From positions 352,001 through 416,000 of the forward strand of contig CAWIYV010000010.1 in assembly GCA_963840455.1 (NCBI GenBank): a stretch of DNA of 64,000 bases, written 5' to 3'. This document shows, piece after piece, positions 37,128 through 46,837 of the stretch (positions within the stretch are counted from its first letter, which is position 1; every line of letters starts with the position of its first letter). The notes beneath the pieces were generated by a model, which worked only from the letters and a program-made list of their open reading frames with translations, did not search any database and had not been told where the DNA came from. Made by a program: the position numbers and the translations under genes. The stretch comes from Nitrospirota bacterium (lineage in GTDB: Bacteria > Nitrospirota > UBA9217).

Positions 37128-38171
37128 CTAACGATGTTGGTGGTAAATTTCTTCGAAAATAAAGCCAGAAATCTCTGCGATGGTAGTATCCAGATACTCG
37201 GGTATGGGACCTGAGGTCATCACACACAAAAGGTAGGGATGACCCGGATAATAAACAATTCCGCAATCATGCAGCTGTTTTATCCCTTTTATCTTCCGCA
37301 AACCGAACTTATGCGCGACTGCGATATTGGGAGGCACTCCGGCAACTAAACCTTTTTTGTAATCAGTTTTTGTGAGATATTTTAAAGCCTTTTCGGACAT
37401 TTCTCTACTTAGGTATGAGGCATTGAAAAGAACGCGGAAGAAAGACGAATATAATTCTGCTGAGAGCACATAACCACTTTCGTCATTTAAATAATAAGGG
37501 TCGGGAATGCCCAAGTCATCATATGCCTTTCTGAGGTCAATCTTACTAATTGCTTCTTCAAGGAGTAGAGAGGAAACATTATCAGAATAATCAATCATTC
37601 TTATCAGCAAGTCTTCAACTGTGTAAGACCTGCCAAACAACAATTTATCAGCTACATCGGTATTTTGGATTGATTTAAGGTCAGGATTTTTATAGGCAAT
37701 TCTTTTAGTCAGTATCTGGGGGTCCGTTTCTGCCTTTTTCAAGACGGAGATCATTTCAGGCACCTTCAGTAAGCTTGCCGGATAGAATTGTGTATCTTTC
37801 CCTATGTTGAAAGCATGTCCGTCGTTGAGTTCACGATAATATACCGAGATCTCATCGCCCCATCTCTTTTTTACGTTTTCTCTTATAAATTTTTCAACAT
37901 GATCTCTCATCGGTTTGAGTTCAGGGTCCGACAGCAGATTTGTAGCTTGCTCGCATTCCAACAAAGGATTTATATAGTTCCAGCCTCTCTGTCGGATCTC
38001 GATGACTTGAGGCTTTGATTTTTCCGGGATGAAACCTCTAAGCATGAACCCGACGGAAAATCCGGCAAGAAGGGTCAGGGCCAGCGTCAGATATTTACGA
38101 AATGGACTTTTGGATTCGAAATTACTGTTCATACCATTATTAAGACTGTCAATCAACTTTTTTGAGGCCAT
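37128..38171 (-). CDS. Class A beta-lactamase-related serine hydrolase, membrane anchored
   Basis: SxxK (PASLLK), SDN (YSDN), K-x-G (AHKFG), LHDCGIVY...YLLCVMT; N-terminal TM helix. Confidence 0.82.
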   Translation of the reverse strand: MASKKLIDSLNNGMNSNFESKSPFRKYLTLALTLLAGFSVGFMLRGFIPEKSKPQVIEIRQRGWNYINPLLECEQATNLLSDPELKPMRDHVEKFIRENVKKRWGDEISVYYRELNDGHAFNIGKDTQFYPASLLKVPEMISVLKKAETDPQILTKRIAYKNPDLKSIQNTDVADKLLFGRSYTVEDLLIRMIDYSDNVSSLLLEEAISKIDLRKAYDDLGIPDPYYLNDESGYVLSAELYSSFFRVLFNASYLSREMSEKALKYLTKTDYKKGLVAGVPPNIAVAHKFGLRKIKGIKQLHDCGIVYYPGHPYLLCVMTSGPIPEYLDTTIAEISGFIFEEIYHQHR

Positions 38172-38555
38172 CAGGAGAAGGTTGTCATGGCGGCAAATGA
38201 CTTTTGCTGCCTTATTAACCTATCCGAAAGCACATGTCAAGCTCAATCATTTAAGCAGGGTTGATCTTCCCTGATTATTCATTGGTAGAAAACCGCTTCG
38301 TGGTGCACTGCATGCACTCTTCTCTCCGGCTTCTACCCCGGCCACTGTGATTGCCGGTCTATTTCTTCATAAATAAGCGTAGTGACATCACGAATGATGT
38401 TCGTTATTTTCCCGGAATCTTCCCCCAGGGCAGTTCGTCAGTACTATGTGATCACCTGAAAAGGCGATTCAACGACGAGCACAAGCCTGCCGCATTGCTG
38501 GCCGGCATGAGCCTAGCATTGCAGAAGCTATGCTGAGAAGAGAAAGCGTCCGAGG

Positions 38556-41500
38556 TCAGTGCGGCTCCCCGCGCGGGAAGTAAGTTCCATACCCTGCCAG
38601 CTCCCGCGAGAGGCGGGTCACTAAGAGTTGCACTGTTATAGACTGTGCATTCTTAGCGGGCAGAAGAGGGCCGTATTTTCTCCATAGAAGACCAGCTTCT
38701 TGTATGTTGCCTACCGCCAAATCTCCCAACATTCCTGCAGATAATGTATATTCTAGGAGATCGGCATCTACTGCATTCTGCTCCATCTGCACCAATATTT
38801 TTTTCGAATATTGGGCCATGCCTGCAGCGTCTTTTTTCCCCACGGCCTTGATGAGTTCAATGAAGTCGCGCTGTGAATCGGAAAGGGATTTTGAACATGA
38901 TGAAGTTTCGATGCTCTTCAAAATCCGCGAAAGCTGTTCCGGCGACCAGCAGGGAACGAAGTCAGCGACAACATGAAGCATCGCCATCCACCATTCTTGC
39001 CTCAAAGAATCCTCTGAACATTTTCTGGTGAGCGCCTGTTTGGCATTCATAACGAGCTGTCGGCTCTGGTCCCGCAGCGGCGCATACGGATGGCTCCATT
39101 TCATTTGATCATTCATAAAATACTGAAAGATCATGTTAGCAAAATGGATCCTAATTGATTTTGGAAAAGTGGAATACGCCACCGGAGAGATGCTGACATC
39201 TGAATGCTTCTTTCCGAGCATGTGCATGATCGGCAGTCGACCAAACTCGATACTGTGAAACTGTGGAGAGGCCGTTAGATCGTAAAAACGGCTTTTTACA
39301 GCATAGAGATCTACGATCGGTTCGTAGTCCGAATTGGCCGCCGTGCCGTAGCTTTCAAAAAGAGGCGAGAGCATCGATTTATTCCCAAGGACACGGACAT
39401 TGATATCCGGCAGGCCCATGACATCGACCTTATTCAGTTCATTCATGAGTGACTCAATGGCCAAGAATGAAATTTTCGGTTCCTGGACATCTCCTACAGG
39501 ACACGCTACAATGAGCATGTCGTAAGGATTTGTCGCGTAGATGATATAATCGGAGAAATAAGGCGCAAGAGCCTTCATGATAGAAGCAACTAGCGACATG
39601 TCAATGTCGTAGAGGTGGATCCACTGAACGAACAAGCCGTCTTTGGTAAGATATTCGCGTACCCGAGAGTAAAATTCCTTCGTAAAAAGGCTTGCAACAC
39701 CGCTGACCCAGGGATTGGAAGGCTCAGAGATGATAAGATCGTATTGTTTGTTCGTGAATGAAAAATATGACTTCGCATCTTCGATCCGCACATGACTGCG
39801 AGGATCGTCATATGCGAGCCTGACACGTGGACCGAAAAGCCTTGCAGCCTTGATCATTTCCGGCTCTATCTCTATTGTATCAACACTGTTGATATTCGGA
39901 ACCGTCAGCAGGGTGTGGGTTGTCAATCCTGAGCCCCATCCGATGATGGCTGCTGTCCTGGCTTCGGGTCGATGAATGATACCGATAGCGCCTGCCAATA
40001 CCATGGTTTCTTCATCCTTTGAATGTCCCCTGCCGGTTATTTGCAGGCCCGCATCGGATTTCCCATTGGTTTTGATCGACATGTTCTGCAGGTCCTTGGT
40101 TATTGATACCGTGGCTGTTTTACCATCGCGGTGATAAAGGACCTCTTCTTTAGTCTGATCGGGCAAAATTCCAAATCGATAGACCCCCGACGCCATTTTG
40201 CCGGGGTCGAGCTTCAACCAGAACATCGGGAGCACAAGAGCGACGACGCCCGCGATTGTATATACGGCGGGGATACGCCAGGAGGGGAACGCCCACCATG
40301 CCAGACCGAGTCCAAGAGCGATGTCTATGCCTGCTCCAAGAATGATCATGCCTTTGAGACCCAGCAAAGGCATCGCCAGATGGACAGCCATAAAGACGCC
40401 GAGGATCGATCCTATGGTATTGAATCCATAGACCGCGCCAATGCTCCGTTCGCCCGATCCGCTTCGGAGAAGTCCATTCGTAATAAGGGGAAGCGTCATG
40501 CCTGCACAAAAAGCGGCAGGCAGCATGATGACGAGTGCGATGCCGTTACTGGTGAGATTAAAGAGAAAGTATCCTGCATTGGTTTTTGGTAAATTCCTGA
40601 TCAGCCATGCCATCGCGCTGAAAGTGCCGCCATAAATGGGAAGGGTCGCCAGGGCCAGAATCCCCATGGCGACCTGTACCAAGGCCAAAAACCGGCGCGG
40701 ATCATCGAATGAATCAATTCGTCGTTTGATCCAGAGGCCGCCGAGCGCAATGCCCGTGATGAAGGCGCTCAACATGAGCTCAAAGGCATGGGTAGACGCG
40801 CCCAGAACGAGACTCAGCATTCTGATCCAGCCGATCTCATAGATGAACGAGGACAGTCCCGTAAGCAGAGCGATCAAGAGGAAGACTTTATAAACGAGAC
40901 CTCGCGAAGTGCCGGGAACATCGGTTTTCGTTTGAATAGATGCTGAGACCTGAACAGATGAACTCCTTTTGTCTTCAATCCAGACAATAGCAGCCACCAT
41001 GATGTTGATGCAGCCGGCAAGGACAAGCGTGCCCGGCAGGCCGACCCATCCAATGAACAGAAAACCGGCCGCCAGAACGCCGATTGCGGCGCCTATGCTG
41101 TTCGTAAAATAGAGCATGGCCACAAGAGAACCAGAAGATTGTGGAAATCTCCGTATAAGCCCTGCGGTCATGAGCGGGAAGGTCATTCCCAGCAGAATGG
41201 ACTGCGGCAGGATCAACAGACTGGCAGCGGTCCACTTAAAAACGGCCACTGCCGTAGGCGAGCTTAACGCGGGAATGAACTTCGCGTACGTTAGCTCGAT
41301 AAAGTGGACATAAAGTGGATGGAAAAAAATCGCGCAGACACCGATGACCGTTTCAACAACTGCATATCCGATCAACAGATTGGGGAGCCGCTCGGAATAT
41401 TTCGAACAGATCAAGGCTCCTGATGCCATACCCCCCATGAACACAGCGAGAACGAGAGCTTGAGCGTATGCCGCGTGCCCTAAGAAAAGTTTTAAATAGT

Positions 41501-41600
41501 GTGTCCAGATGGATTCATATATAAGGCCGGCAAAACCTGAAGCGGTAAACATAAGGAAAAAAAGACGAAGACTTATATTGTTCATGAGGTTTTTCTCCAC
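38556..41600 (-). CDS. Fused multi-TM / spermidine synthase-like SAM-fold protein
   Basis: Duplicated membrane module (SGFAGLIYE...; GLSSFIYEIGW...), then IGWGSGLT, EIEPEM, EDA, YDLIISEPSNPWVSGVASLFTKEFY. Confidence 0.85.
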   Translation of the reverse strand: MEKNLMNNISLRLFFLMFTASGFAGLIYESIWTHYLKLFLGHAAYAQALVLAVFMGGMASGALICSKYSERLPNLLIGYAVVETVIGVCAIFFHPLYVHFIELTYAKFIPALSSPTAVAVFKWTAASLLILPQSILLGMTFPLMTAGLIRRFPQSSGSLVAMLYFTNSIGAAIGVLAAGFLFIGWVGLPGTLVLAGCINIMVAAIVWIEDKRSSSVQVSASIQTKTDVPGTSRGLVYKVFLLIALLTGLSSFIYEIGWIRMLSLVLGASTHAFELMLSAFITGIALGGLWIKRRIDSFDDPRRFLALVQVAMGILALATLPIYGGTFSAMAWLIRNLPKTNAGYFLFNLTSNGIALVIMLPAAFCAGMTLPLITNGLLRSGSGERSIGAVYGFNTIGSILGVFMAVHLAMPLLGLKGMIILGAGIDIALGLGLAWWAFPSWRIPAVYTIAGVVALVLPMFWLKLDPGKMASGVYRFGILPDQTKEEVLYHRDGKTATVSITKDLQNMSIKTNGKSDAGLQITGRGHSKDEETMVLAGAIGIIHRPEARTAAIIGWGSGLTTHTLLTVPNINSVDTIEIEPEMIKAARLFGPRVRLAYDDPRSHVRIEDAKSYFSFTNKQYDLIISEPSNPWVSGVASLFTKEFYSRVREYLTKDGLFVQWIHLYDIDMSLVASIMKALAPYFSDYIIYATNPYDMLIVACPVGDVQEPKISFLAIESLMNELNKVDVMGLPDINVRVLGNKSMLSPLFESYGTAANSDYEPIVDLYAVKSRFYDLTASPQFHSIEFGRLPIMHMLGKKHSDVSISPVAYSTFPKSIRIHFANMIFQYFMNDQMKWSHPYAPLRDQSRQLVMNAKQALTRKCSEDSLRQEWWMAMLHVVADFVPCWSPEQLSRILKSIETSSCSKSLSDSQRDFIELIKAVGKKDAAGMAQYSKKILVQMEQNAVDADLLEYTLSAGMLGDLAVGNIQEAGLLWRKYGPLLPAKNAQSITVQLLVTRLSRELAGYGTYFPRGEPH

Positions 41601-41652
41601 TGATACTTATTTTTTCTCATCTCAAACGATTCATTACATGAAATAGTAGTAA

Positions 41653-42196
41653 TGACACTCCCCCGGCAGGAGCCGGGGGTTTCTTAAATTACAACGTCAA
41701 TTGCTGTTGCCCTTTGTCTTCCTTTTCCTGATAGGAAACATAAGCGAGAATTTCCTTTTCGTTCAGCCCGATACACCATACACAATATGCTCGCGACCAG
41801 ATGCCTTCTTTGCTTGCGTATGTTTTGTGATAAAAAGGAAATTTCGCCTTAAGCTTTTTCGCCGATTGTGACTTGATGTACTGTACGACGTCGGCAACTG
41901 CAATTTTCCGCGGAACAACGATTACCATGTGTACATGGTCTATCCGCACACTGAGCTTGATTACCTCGATATCGGGATCAAGATCTGGGAGATAACCAAG
42001 CGTCTTGGCCGCATACTCCTTGACACCCTTTACGAAGATCTTCCGCCGATATCTCGATATCCAGACGAGATGCTACTCTTTTTTGTAAATGCCATGGGCA
42101 CTCTTTCGATATCTCATGCCCCATCATATCAAATACCATCTCGTCTGGATAGCCGCTAAATCACCAGACAGGGGTTTGGTATTTTATGCGGCTCAA
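41653..42196 (-). mobile_element. IS200/IS605-family element (tnpA only), probably inactive
   Basis: Right-end hairpin on the minus strand GAAACCCCCGGCTCCTGCCGGGGGAGTGTCA just after the tnpA stop; degenerate left-end hairpin starting near TTGA at 42196. Confidence 0.75.
41689..42117 (-). pseudogene. tnpA: IS200 Y1 transposase with an in-frame TAG at codon 15
   Basis: MRYRKSAHGIYKKE*HLVWISRYRRKI...DHVHM (HUH)...IWSRAY...YVSYQ (catalytic Tyr); TAG at 42073-42075 replaces the Tyr of the conserved YHLVW motif. Confidence 0.9.
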
Positions 42197-42314
42197 TAAA
42201 GGTTGAAGCTTGCATTACACCCGTCCCCAAACTGCACACCGCCCACCAATCGCACAATTACTGCACAAGAAACAGAAAAGGAGTCAGCATTTTCTGCTAA
42301 CTCCTTGTAATTCA

Positions 42315-42389
42315 TGGTGGGCGCTGCAGGGTTTGAACCTGCGACCCCTGCCGTGTGAAGGCAGTGCTCTCCCGCTGAGCTAAGCGCCC
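42315..42389 (-). tRNA. tRNA-Val (anticodon CAC)
   Basis: Reverse complement GGGCGCTTAGCTCAGCGGGAGAGCACTGCC-TTCACAC-GGCAGGGGTCGCAGGTTCAAACCCTGCAGCGCCCACCA. Confidence 0.97.
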
Positions 42390-42545
42390 GGAAACGGTGA
42401 TTATCTTACCCAGAGGGTACCTGTTAGTCAAGCGAAAACTTGGTTCTTATGGTCTACAAAGCCCGTGACGGACAGAGCTAGCAAGGAATGATCCGCCGTT
42501 ATCCCCCCTGTCGATTTGATCCGTGTCAAATGCCGTTTTAAGAAA

Positions 42546-43709
42546 TTATTCCACGCTCAGAATCGCGCACTTCAGGTACTGCGACTCCTTTGCGGCGAGC
42601 AGCATGGGGTGATCGCGGGACTGCGAGCGCATCTCCAGGAGCCGCGCCTGCCTCCCCGCTGACCAGGCCGCGTCGATCAGCATCTCCCGGAACAGCTCCT
42701 GGTCGATGTGGTGCGAGCAGGAGCAGGTGACGAGGAACCCGCCCGGTTCGAGCAGGCGCATGCCGCGCAGGTTGATCTCCTTGTATCCCTTCAGTGCCTC
42801 GCGCACCTTCGCCCTGCTCTTGACAAAGGCAGGAGGGTCCAGGACGAGGCACCCGAACCGCTCCTTCTGCTTCTCGAGCTCCCGCAGCTTCTCGAACACG
42901 TCGCCGACCGCAAATTTCGCGGGCAGGTTGTTCAGCTCCGCGTTCGACCGTGCAAGCGTCACGGCCTTCTCCGACGAGTCGATGCCGATGACCTCTGTCG
43001 CGCCGTACCGGGCGGCGGATAGCGCCCATGCGCCCACATAGCAGAAACAGTCCAGCGTCCGCCGGCCCCGTACCAGGTCCTTGAGCGCCAGACGGTTCTC
43101 GCGCTGGTCGAAAAAGAAGCCCGTCTTCTGGCCCTCAAGCACGTCGGCCCGGTAGCGGATACCTGATTCCTCGAACTCCACCATGCCCGATGTTTCCCCG
43201 AGAACGACCCGCGTCTCCTGTCCCAGTCCCTCGAGCGCCCGCGAGGCAGTGTCGTTCCTGAGCACGATGGTCTTCGGGCTGTAGACCTCGCGGAGAGCGG
43301 CAAGGACCAAGTCCAACATGCCGTCGACCCCCGCGGTGAGCGACTGGACCACAAGCGTGTCTGCGTACTTGTCCACGATGAGGCCGGGAAGTCCGTCGCC
43401 CTCGCTGAACACCGCGCGGAAGGACTCGCCGAAACCGAGGTCCTTCCGCAGGTCGCGTGCTCTGCCGATCCTCCTCGTGAAGAAAGCGGCGTCCATATCC
43501 TCCTGCTTCCTGGTCAGGATGCGTACCGCGATGAGAGAGCGGGGATTCACGTATCCCCGCCCAAGGAAGTTCCCGGTAAAATCCCGGACCTCGACAGGCT
43601 CACCGGGCACGGCATCAGCGGGCAGGTCCTGGACCTCGTTGCTGAACACCCACGGATGGCCGCGCTGGACACGGCGTTCTTCTTTCTTTTTGAGCTTGAT
43701 GGTTCTCAT
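42546..43709 (-). CDS. rlmI: RlmI-type 23S rRNA m5C methyltransferase
   Basis: GHPWVFSNE (PUA), SEGDGLPGLIVD, GQKTGFFFDQRENR, VLDPPAF, TCSCS, DHP, YLK. Confidence 0.9.
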   Translation of the reverse strand: MRTIKLKKKEERRVQRGHPWVFSNEVQDLPADAVPGEPVEVRDFTGNFLGRGYVNPRSLIAVRILTRKQEDMDAAFFTRRIGRARDLRKDLGFGESFRAVFSEGDGLPGLIVDKYADTLVVQSLTAGVDGMLDLVLAALREVYSPKTIVLRNDTASRALEGLGQETRVVLGETSGMVEFEESGIRYRADVLEGQKTGFFFDQRENRLALKDLVRGRRTLDCFCYVGAWALSAARYGATEVIGIDSSEKAVTLARSNAELNNLPAKFAVGDVFEKLRELEKQKERFGCLVLDPPAFVKSRAKVREALKGYKEINLRGMRLLEPGGFLVTCSCSHHIDQELFREMLIDAAWSAGRQARLLEMRSQSRDHPMLLAAKESQYLKCAILSVE

Positions 43710-43814
43710 GGAAGGGAGAGGAAGGAGAAAACATATCCAGGGCGCAGCAGTCGGAAACCGAAAGCAGTTCTTCGTTCACCTGAGTTCTGGTTCCTGGCTC
43801 CTGGCTCCTGCATC

Positions 43815-44750
43815 TTATAGCTTGTTCTCGATATGTGCTTCGCTCCGGAGGGACTGGAGAAAGGCGCGATAGGTGTTCTCCATCTTCTGTTCGTAAAGCA
43901 TTTTCTGGATTTCTTCCTTCACCTTTTCGAACGGCTTGACCGGCGTGCGAATCTCCTCAACGCGGATGATGTAAAAGCCGTCCGCTGCCTTCACCGGGCC
44001 CGCATATTGACCGGGCTTAAGGTCCTTCGCCGCCTCCTCAATCTCCGGGATAGCTTGGCCCCGCTGCATGAAACCGAGGTCGCCGTCCTGTGCGGCCGTC
44101 GGGCTGTCCGAATTTTCCCGGATGAGGCGGATGAAGTCCTCGCCCTTCCCGATCCGCGCCATGAGGGCCGCGGCCTTGTCCCGGGACTCGGCGATCTGGG
44201 CGGGTGGCGCCTTCTCGGGCACGGTCACCACAAGGAGTCGGACCCTGATCTCTTCCGGGAGGGAGAACTGCCCCAAATTCCGGTCATAATGCTCCCGGAT
44301 CTCCTTCTCATCCACGGAGAGGCCGGTGCGGATAAACTTGTTGAACAGGCGCGACATCGTCATCTGCTCCCGAAATTCCGAACGGTACTGTTCCAAGGTG
44401 AGACCTTCCCGCGCCAGGGCCTCCTCGAACTGCTTGTTGTCCATGTTGTTCCGCTTCATGATGTCAGCGATCGCGTCGGCGAGCTCCCGGTCAGTGACCT
44501 CCATGCCATTCCGTTTTGCAGCGACCATCTGGAGCTTCCGGTCGATCATGTCCTCGAGCGTGAGCCGTTGATCAGTGCCCGCGGGCCGCTTCAGCGATTC
44601 CCGCTGCAGGTCGCTCATCGTGATGACCTCATCGTTCACCACGGCAACGACCCTATCTACAACCACGGGGCCGGACGCCGCCGGTACGGAGCCGGCGGAC
44701 ACGCAGACAGCCATGGCTACGCTCATCAATATTGAAACGCCTTTTGTCAT
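43815..44750 (-). CDS. SurA-like peptidyl-prolyl isomerase
   Basis: Signal peptide, VDRVVAVVNDEVIT, parvulin domain (GEDF..L...SD...DGDLGF). Start uncertain (44750 or 44768). Confidence 0.88.
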   Translation of the reverse strand: MTKGVSILMSVAMAVCVSAGSVPAASGPVVVDRVVAVVNDEVITMSDLQRESLKRPAGTDQRLTLEDMIDRKLQMVAAKRNGMEVTDRELADAIADIMKRNNMDNKQFEEALAREGLTLEQYRSEFREQMTMSRLFNKFIRTGLSVDEKEIREHYDRNLGQFSLPEEIRVRLLVVTVPEKAPPAQIAESRDKAAALMARIGKGEDFIRLIRENSDSPTAAQDGDLGFMQRGQAIPEIEEAAKDLKPGQYAGPVKAADGFYIIRVEEIRTPVKPFEKVKEEIQKMLYEQKMENTYRAFLQSLRSEAHIENKL

Positions 44751-44813
44751 CCTGTTCACTTCCGTCATCCTTTTCTGTTGCCTTTTACCGGCACGGTGCT
44801 TAATATGGGACCC

Positions 44814-45881
44814 ATGCCGCACCGGAACCTGTATGCTGCCGTCATTTCGCTCGTCCTGCTGGCTGCTTCCGCGCTGCCTGCTGCAGAGCAGGCAACCTCT
44901 GCGGATGAGATCACCATCGCCGCGGTCGGCGACATCATGCTCGGCCACCGGGCCGAGCCGTATCTCCTCAAGGAGGGCCCTGCCTATCCCTTCGTGAATG
45001 TCCTACCCGTGTTGCGGCAGGCCCACGTTGTCATCGGAAACCTGGAAAGCCCTGTCTCGACGCGCGGCACGGCCGTGGAGAACAAGACGTTCACGCTCCG
45101 CGTCAGGCCCGTTGCCGTGGAAGCGCTCAAGGCTGCGGGCATCCGCGTGGTGACGCTCGCCAACAACCACATCCTCGACTTCGGGCCGCAGGCGCTCCAG
45201 GACACCCTCACGCTCCTTAATGAGAACGGTATTCTCTATACCGGCGCGGGCATGGACCTCGATGACGCCCGTGAGCCCGCGCTCCTCAAGGTCGGCGAGC
45301 GGACCATTGCGTTCCTGTCCTACTCGCTGACCTTTCCCCTGGAGTTCTACGCCTCCGCTGGAAGGCCCGGCACCGCGCCCGGATACAAGGAGTACGTGAA
45401 AAAGGATATCCAGAAGGTGAGGTCTCTGGCCGACCTGGTAGTGGTCTCGTTCCACTGGGGCGCCGAGCTCATGACCTCTGCCAAGGACTACCAGCAGGCG
45501 CTCGGCCGCCTTTCGATCGACTGGGGCGCCGATCTGGTCCTGGGCCACCACCCCCACATCCTGCAGGAGCTGGAGGTCTACCACGGACGCCTCATCGCCT
45601 ACAGCCTCGGCAACTTTGTCTTCGGTTCCGAGAGCGACAAGACGAACTCGAGCATCATACTCCTTTGCACATTCAAAGGAAAGTCCCTTGTACGGGTCGA
45701 GGCGGTGCCCCTGGACGTGAACAACTACCGGGTGGCCTACCAGCCCCGGGTCCTGGCGGGAAGAAAGGCAGATGGCGTTCTTGCGGAGATCAATACTGCG
45801 TCGGAACGGTTCAAGACCCGGCTGACCGTAAGGGACGGCCGTGGGACCATCGACCTCACTGCTGCAGCCCCTGGTAATTGA
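44814..45881 (+). CDS. CapA-family (PGA_cap) secreted metallophosphatase
   Basis: AVGDIML, GNLESP, LANNHILDFG, SFHWGAE, GHHPHILQ, YSLGNFVF; signal peptide. Confidence 0.9.
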   Translation: MPHRNLYAAVISLVLLAASALPAAEQATSADEITIAAVGDIMLGHRAEPYLLKEGPAYPFVNVLPVLRQAHVVIGNLESPVSTRGTAVENKTFTLRVRPVAVEALKAAGIRVVTLANNHILDFGPQALQDTLTLLNENGILYTGAGMDLDDAREPALLKVGERTIAFLSYSLTFPLEFYASAGRPGTAPGYKEYVKKDIQKVRSLADLVVVSFHWGAELMTSAKDYQQALGRLSIDWGADLVLGHHPHILQELEVYHGRLIAYSLGNFVFGSESDKTNSSIILLCTFKGKSLVRVEAVPLDVNNYRVAYQPRVLAGRKADGVLAEINTASERFKTRLTVRDGRGTIDLTAAAPGN

Positions 45882-46815
45882 CGACGAACTTCGTTCTCCC
45901 GCGCAGCTCCGTGAGCCATTGTTTGTACCGGACGTCCTGCTTCTGGCGCGAGAGCTTCTCGGCGATCTCTTTATATGCCTCCTCGAATGTCATCTTCCCG
46001 GCCTTCCGCTTTTCCTCAAGCTTGAAGATGTGATATCCGTAGGGGCTCTTCACCACGCTGCTGATTCCCCCCCGGGGCAGCCCAAAGACCACATTGAACT
46101 CGCCCGGCATCTCGCCCATGGCGAAAAAGCCCAGGTCCCCGCCCTCTTCGGCCTCGGGCGCCGTCGACTTCTTCCGCGCAAGCGTGGCGAAATCCGCCTT
46201 CTCATTCTGGAGCTGGTCGAGGACCTTCTGGGCCTCCTCTTCGGTGGCCACGACGATCTGGCGGACACGAACCTGCTCCGGCCGCTGGAACTCCTGGAGG
46301 TTCTCCTGGTAATACCGCCGGACCTCCGATGACGGAACGCGCAGCTTGTGGACCACGTCGCGCGCGATGAGCTTCTCGATCATCATGTCTTCCCAGAGAT
46401 CTGACTTCCACTTCTCGAAGTCGATCCCCAGCCCGCCCAGCGTCTCTTTCATGTCCTTGCCCTGCTCGTTGCGCATGGCCTCGACGCGAGCGTTGATCTC
46501 GGGGAGGCTGACCTTGATGCGGCGCCGCTGCGCCTCGCGCAGAATCATCTTGCGCTCGATGAGCCGGTTCAGGAACTCCTCCTTCACCTGAAGCTCAGCT
46601 TCCTTCTCGGGCTTGATCCCCGCCCTCGCGAACCGCTCCTGGAACTCGCCCAGGGTGATAGGGTCCCCGTTCACCGTGGCAAGGACCTTCACTTCGGGGG
46701 CAATGGCAGCTGCGGAAGGGGGCCGCTTTGCCTCCTCCTTCTTCGAGCAGCCGAAAAACAAAAGCCCCAGCAGGAGCACCGGGGCAGATACGATCGTGAT
46801 TCGGGAATTCCGCAT
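45856..46815 (-). CDS. PrsA/PpiC-type peptidyl-prolyl isomerase lipoprotein
   Basis: Lipobox FFGC, LATVNGDPIT, VRVRQIVV, DFATLARKKS...GGDLGFF, KSPYGYHIF. Confidence 0.9.
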   Translation of the reverse strand: MRNSRITIVSAPVLLLGLLFFGCSKKEEAKRPPSAAAIAPEVKVLATVNGDPITLGEFQERFARAGIKPEKEAELQVKEEFLNRLIERKMILREAQRRRIKVSLPEINARVEAMRNEQGKDMKETLGGLGIDFEKWKSDLWEDMMIEKLIARDVVHKLRVPSSEVRRYYQENLQEFQRPEQVRVRQIVVATEEEAQKVLDQLQNEKADFATLARKKSTAPEAEEGGDLGFFAMGEMPGEFNVVFGLPRGGISSVVKSPYGYHIFKLEEKRKAGKMTFEEAYKEIAEKLSRQKQDVRYKQWLTELRGRTKFVVNYQGLQQ

Positions 46816-46837
46816 TACGCTCTTCTTCTCGCGACCA

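Larger units (their letters stand above)
36805..42359. mobile_element. tRNA-Val-integrated genomic island remnant (about 5.5 kb), no integrase
   Basis: Bounded by the 47-bp direct repeats; visibly more AT-rich than the flanks; IHF-consensus TAACCCTTTGATT at 36791-36803; repeated GCACA arm-like motifs at about 42230-42270. Confidence 0.88.

Noticed and set aside
42073-42075. Pyrrolysine or amber recoding in tnpA
   Set aside because: One substitution from a conserved Tyr codon, other decay is visible in the element, and TAG serves as a normal stop in many genes here.
44788-44803. Sigma-54 promoter for capA (CCGGCACGGTGCTTAA)
   Set aside because: The -12 GC is missing; a sigma-70 -35/-10 pair fits better.
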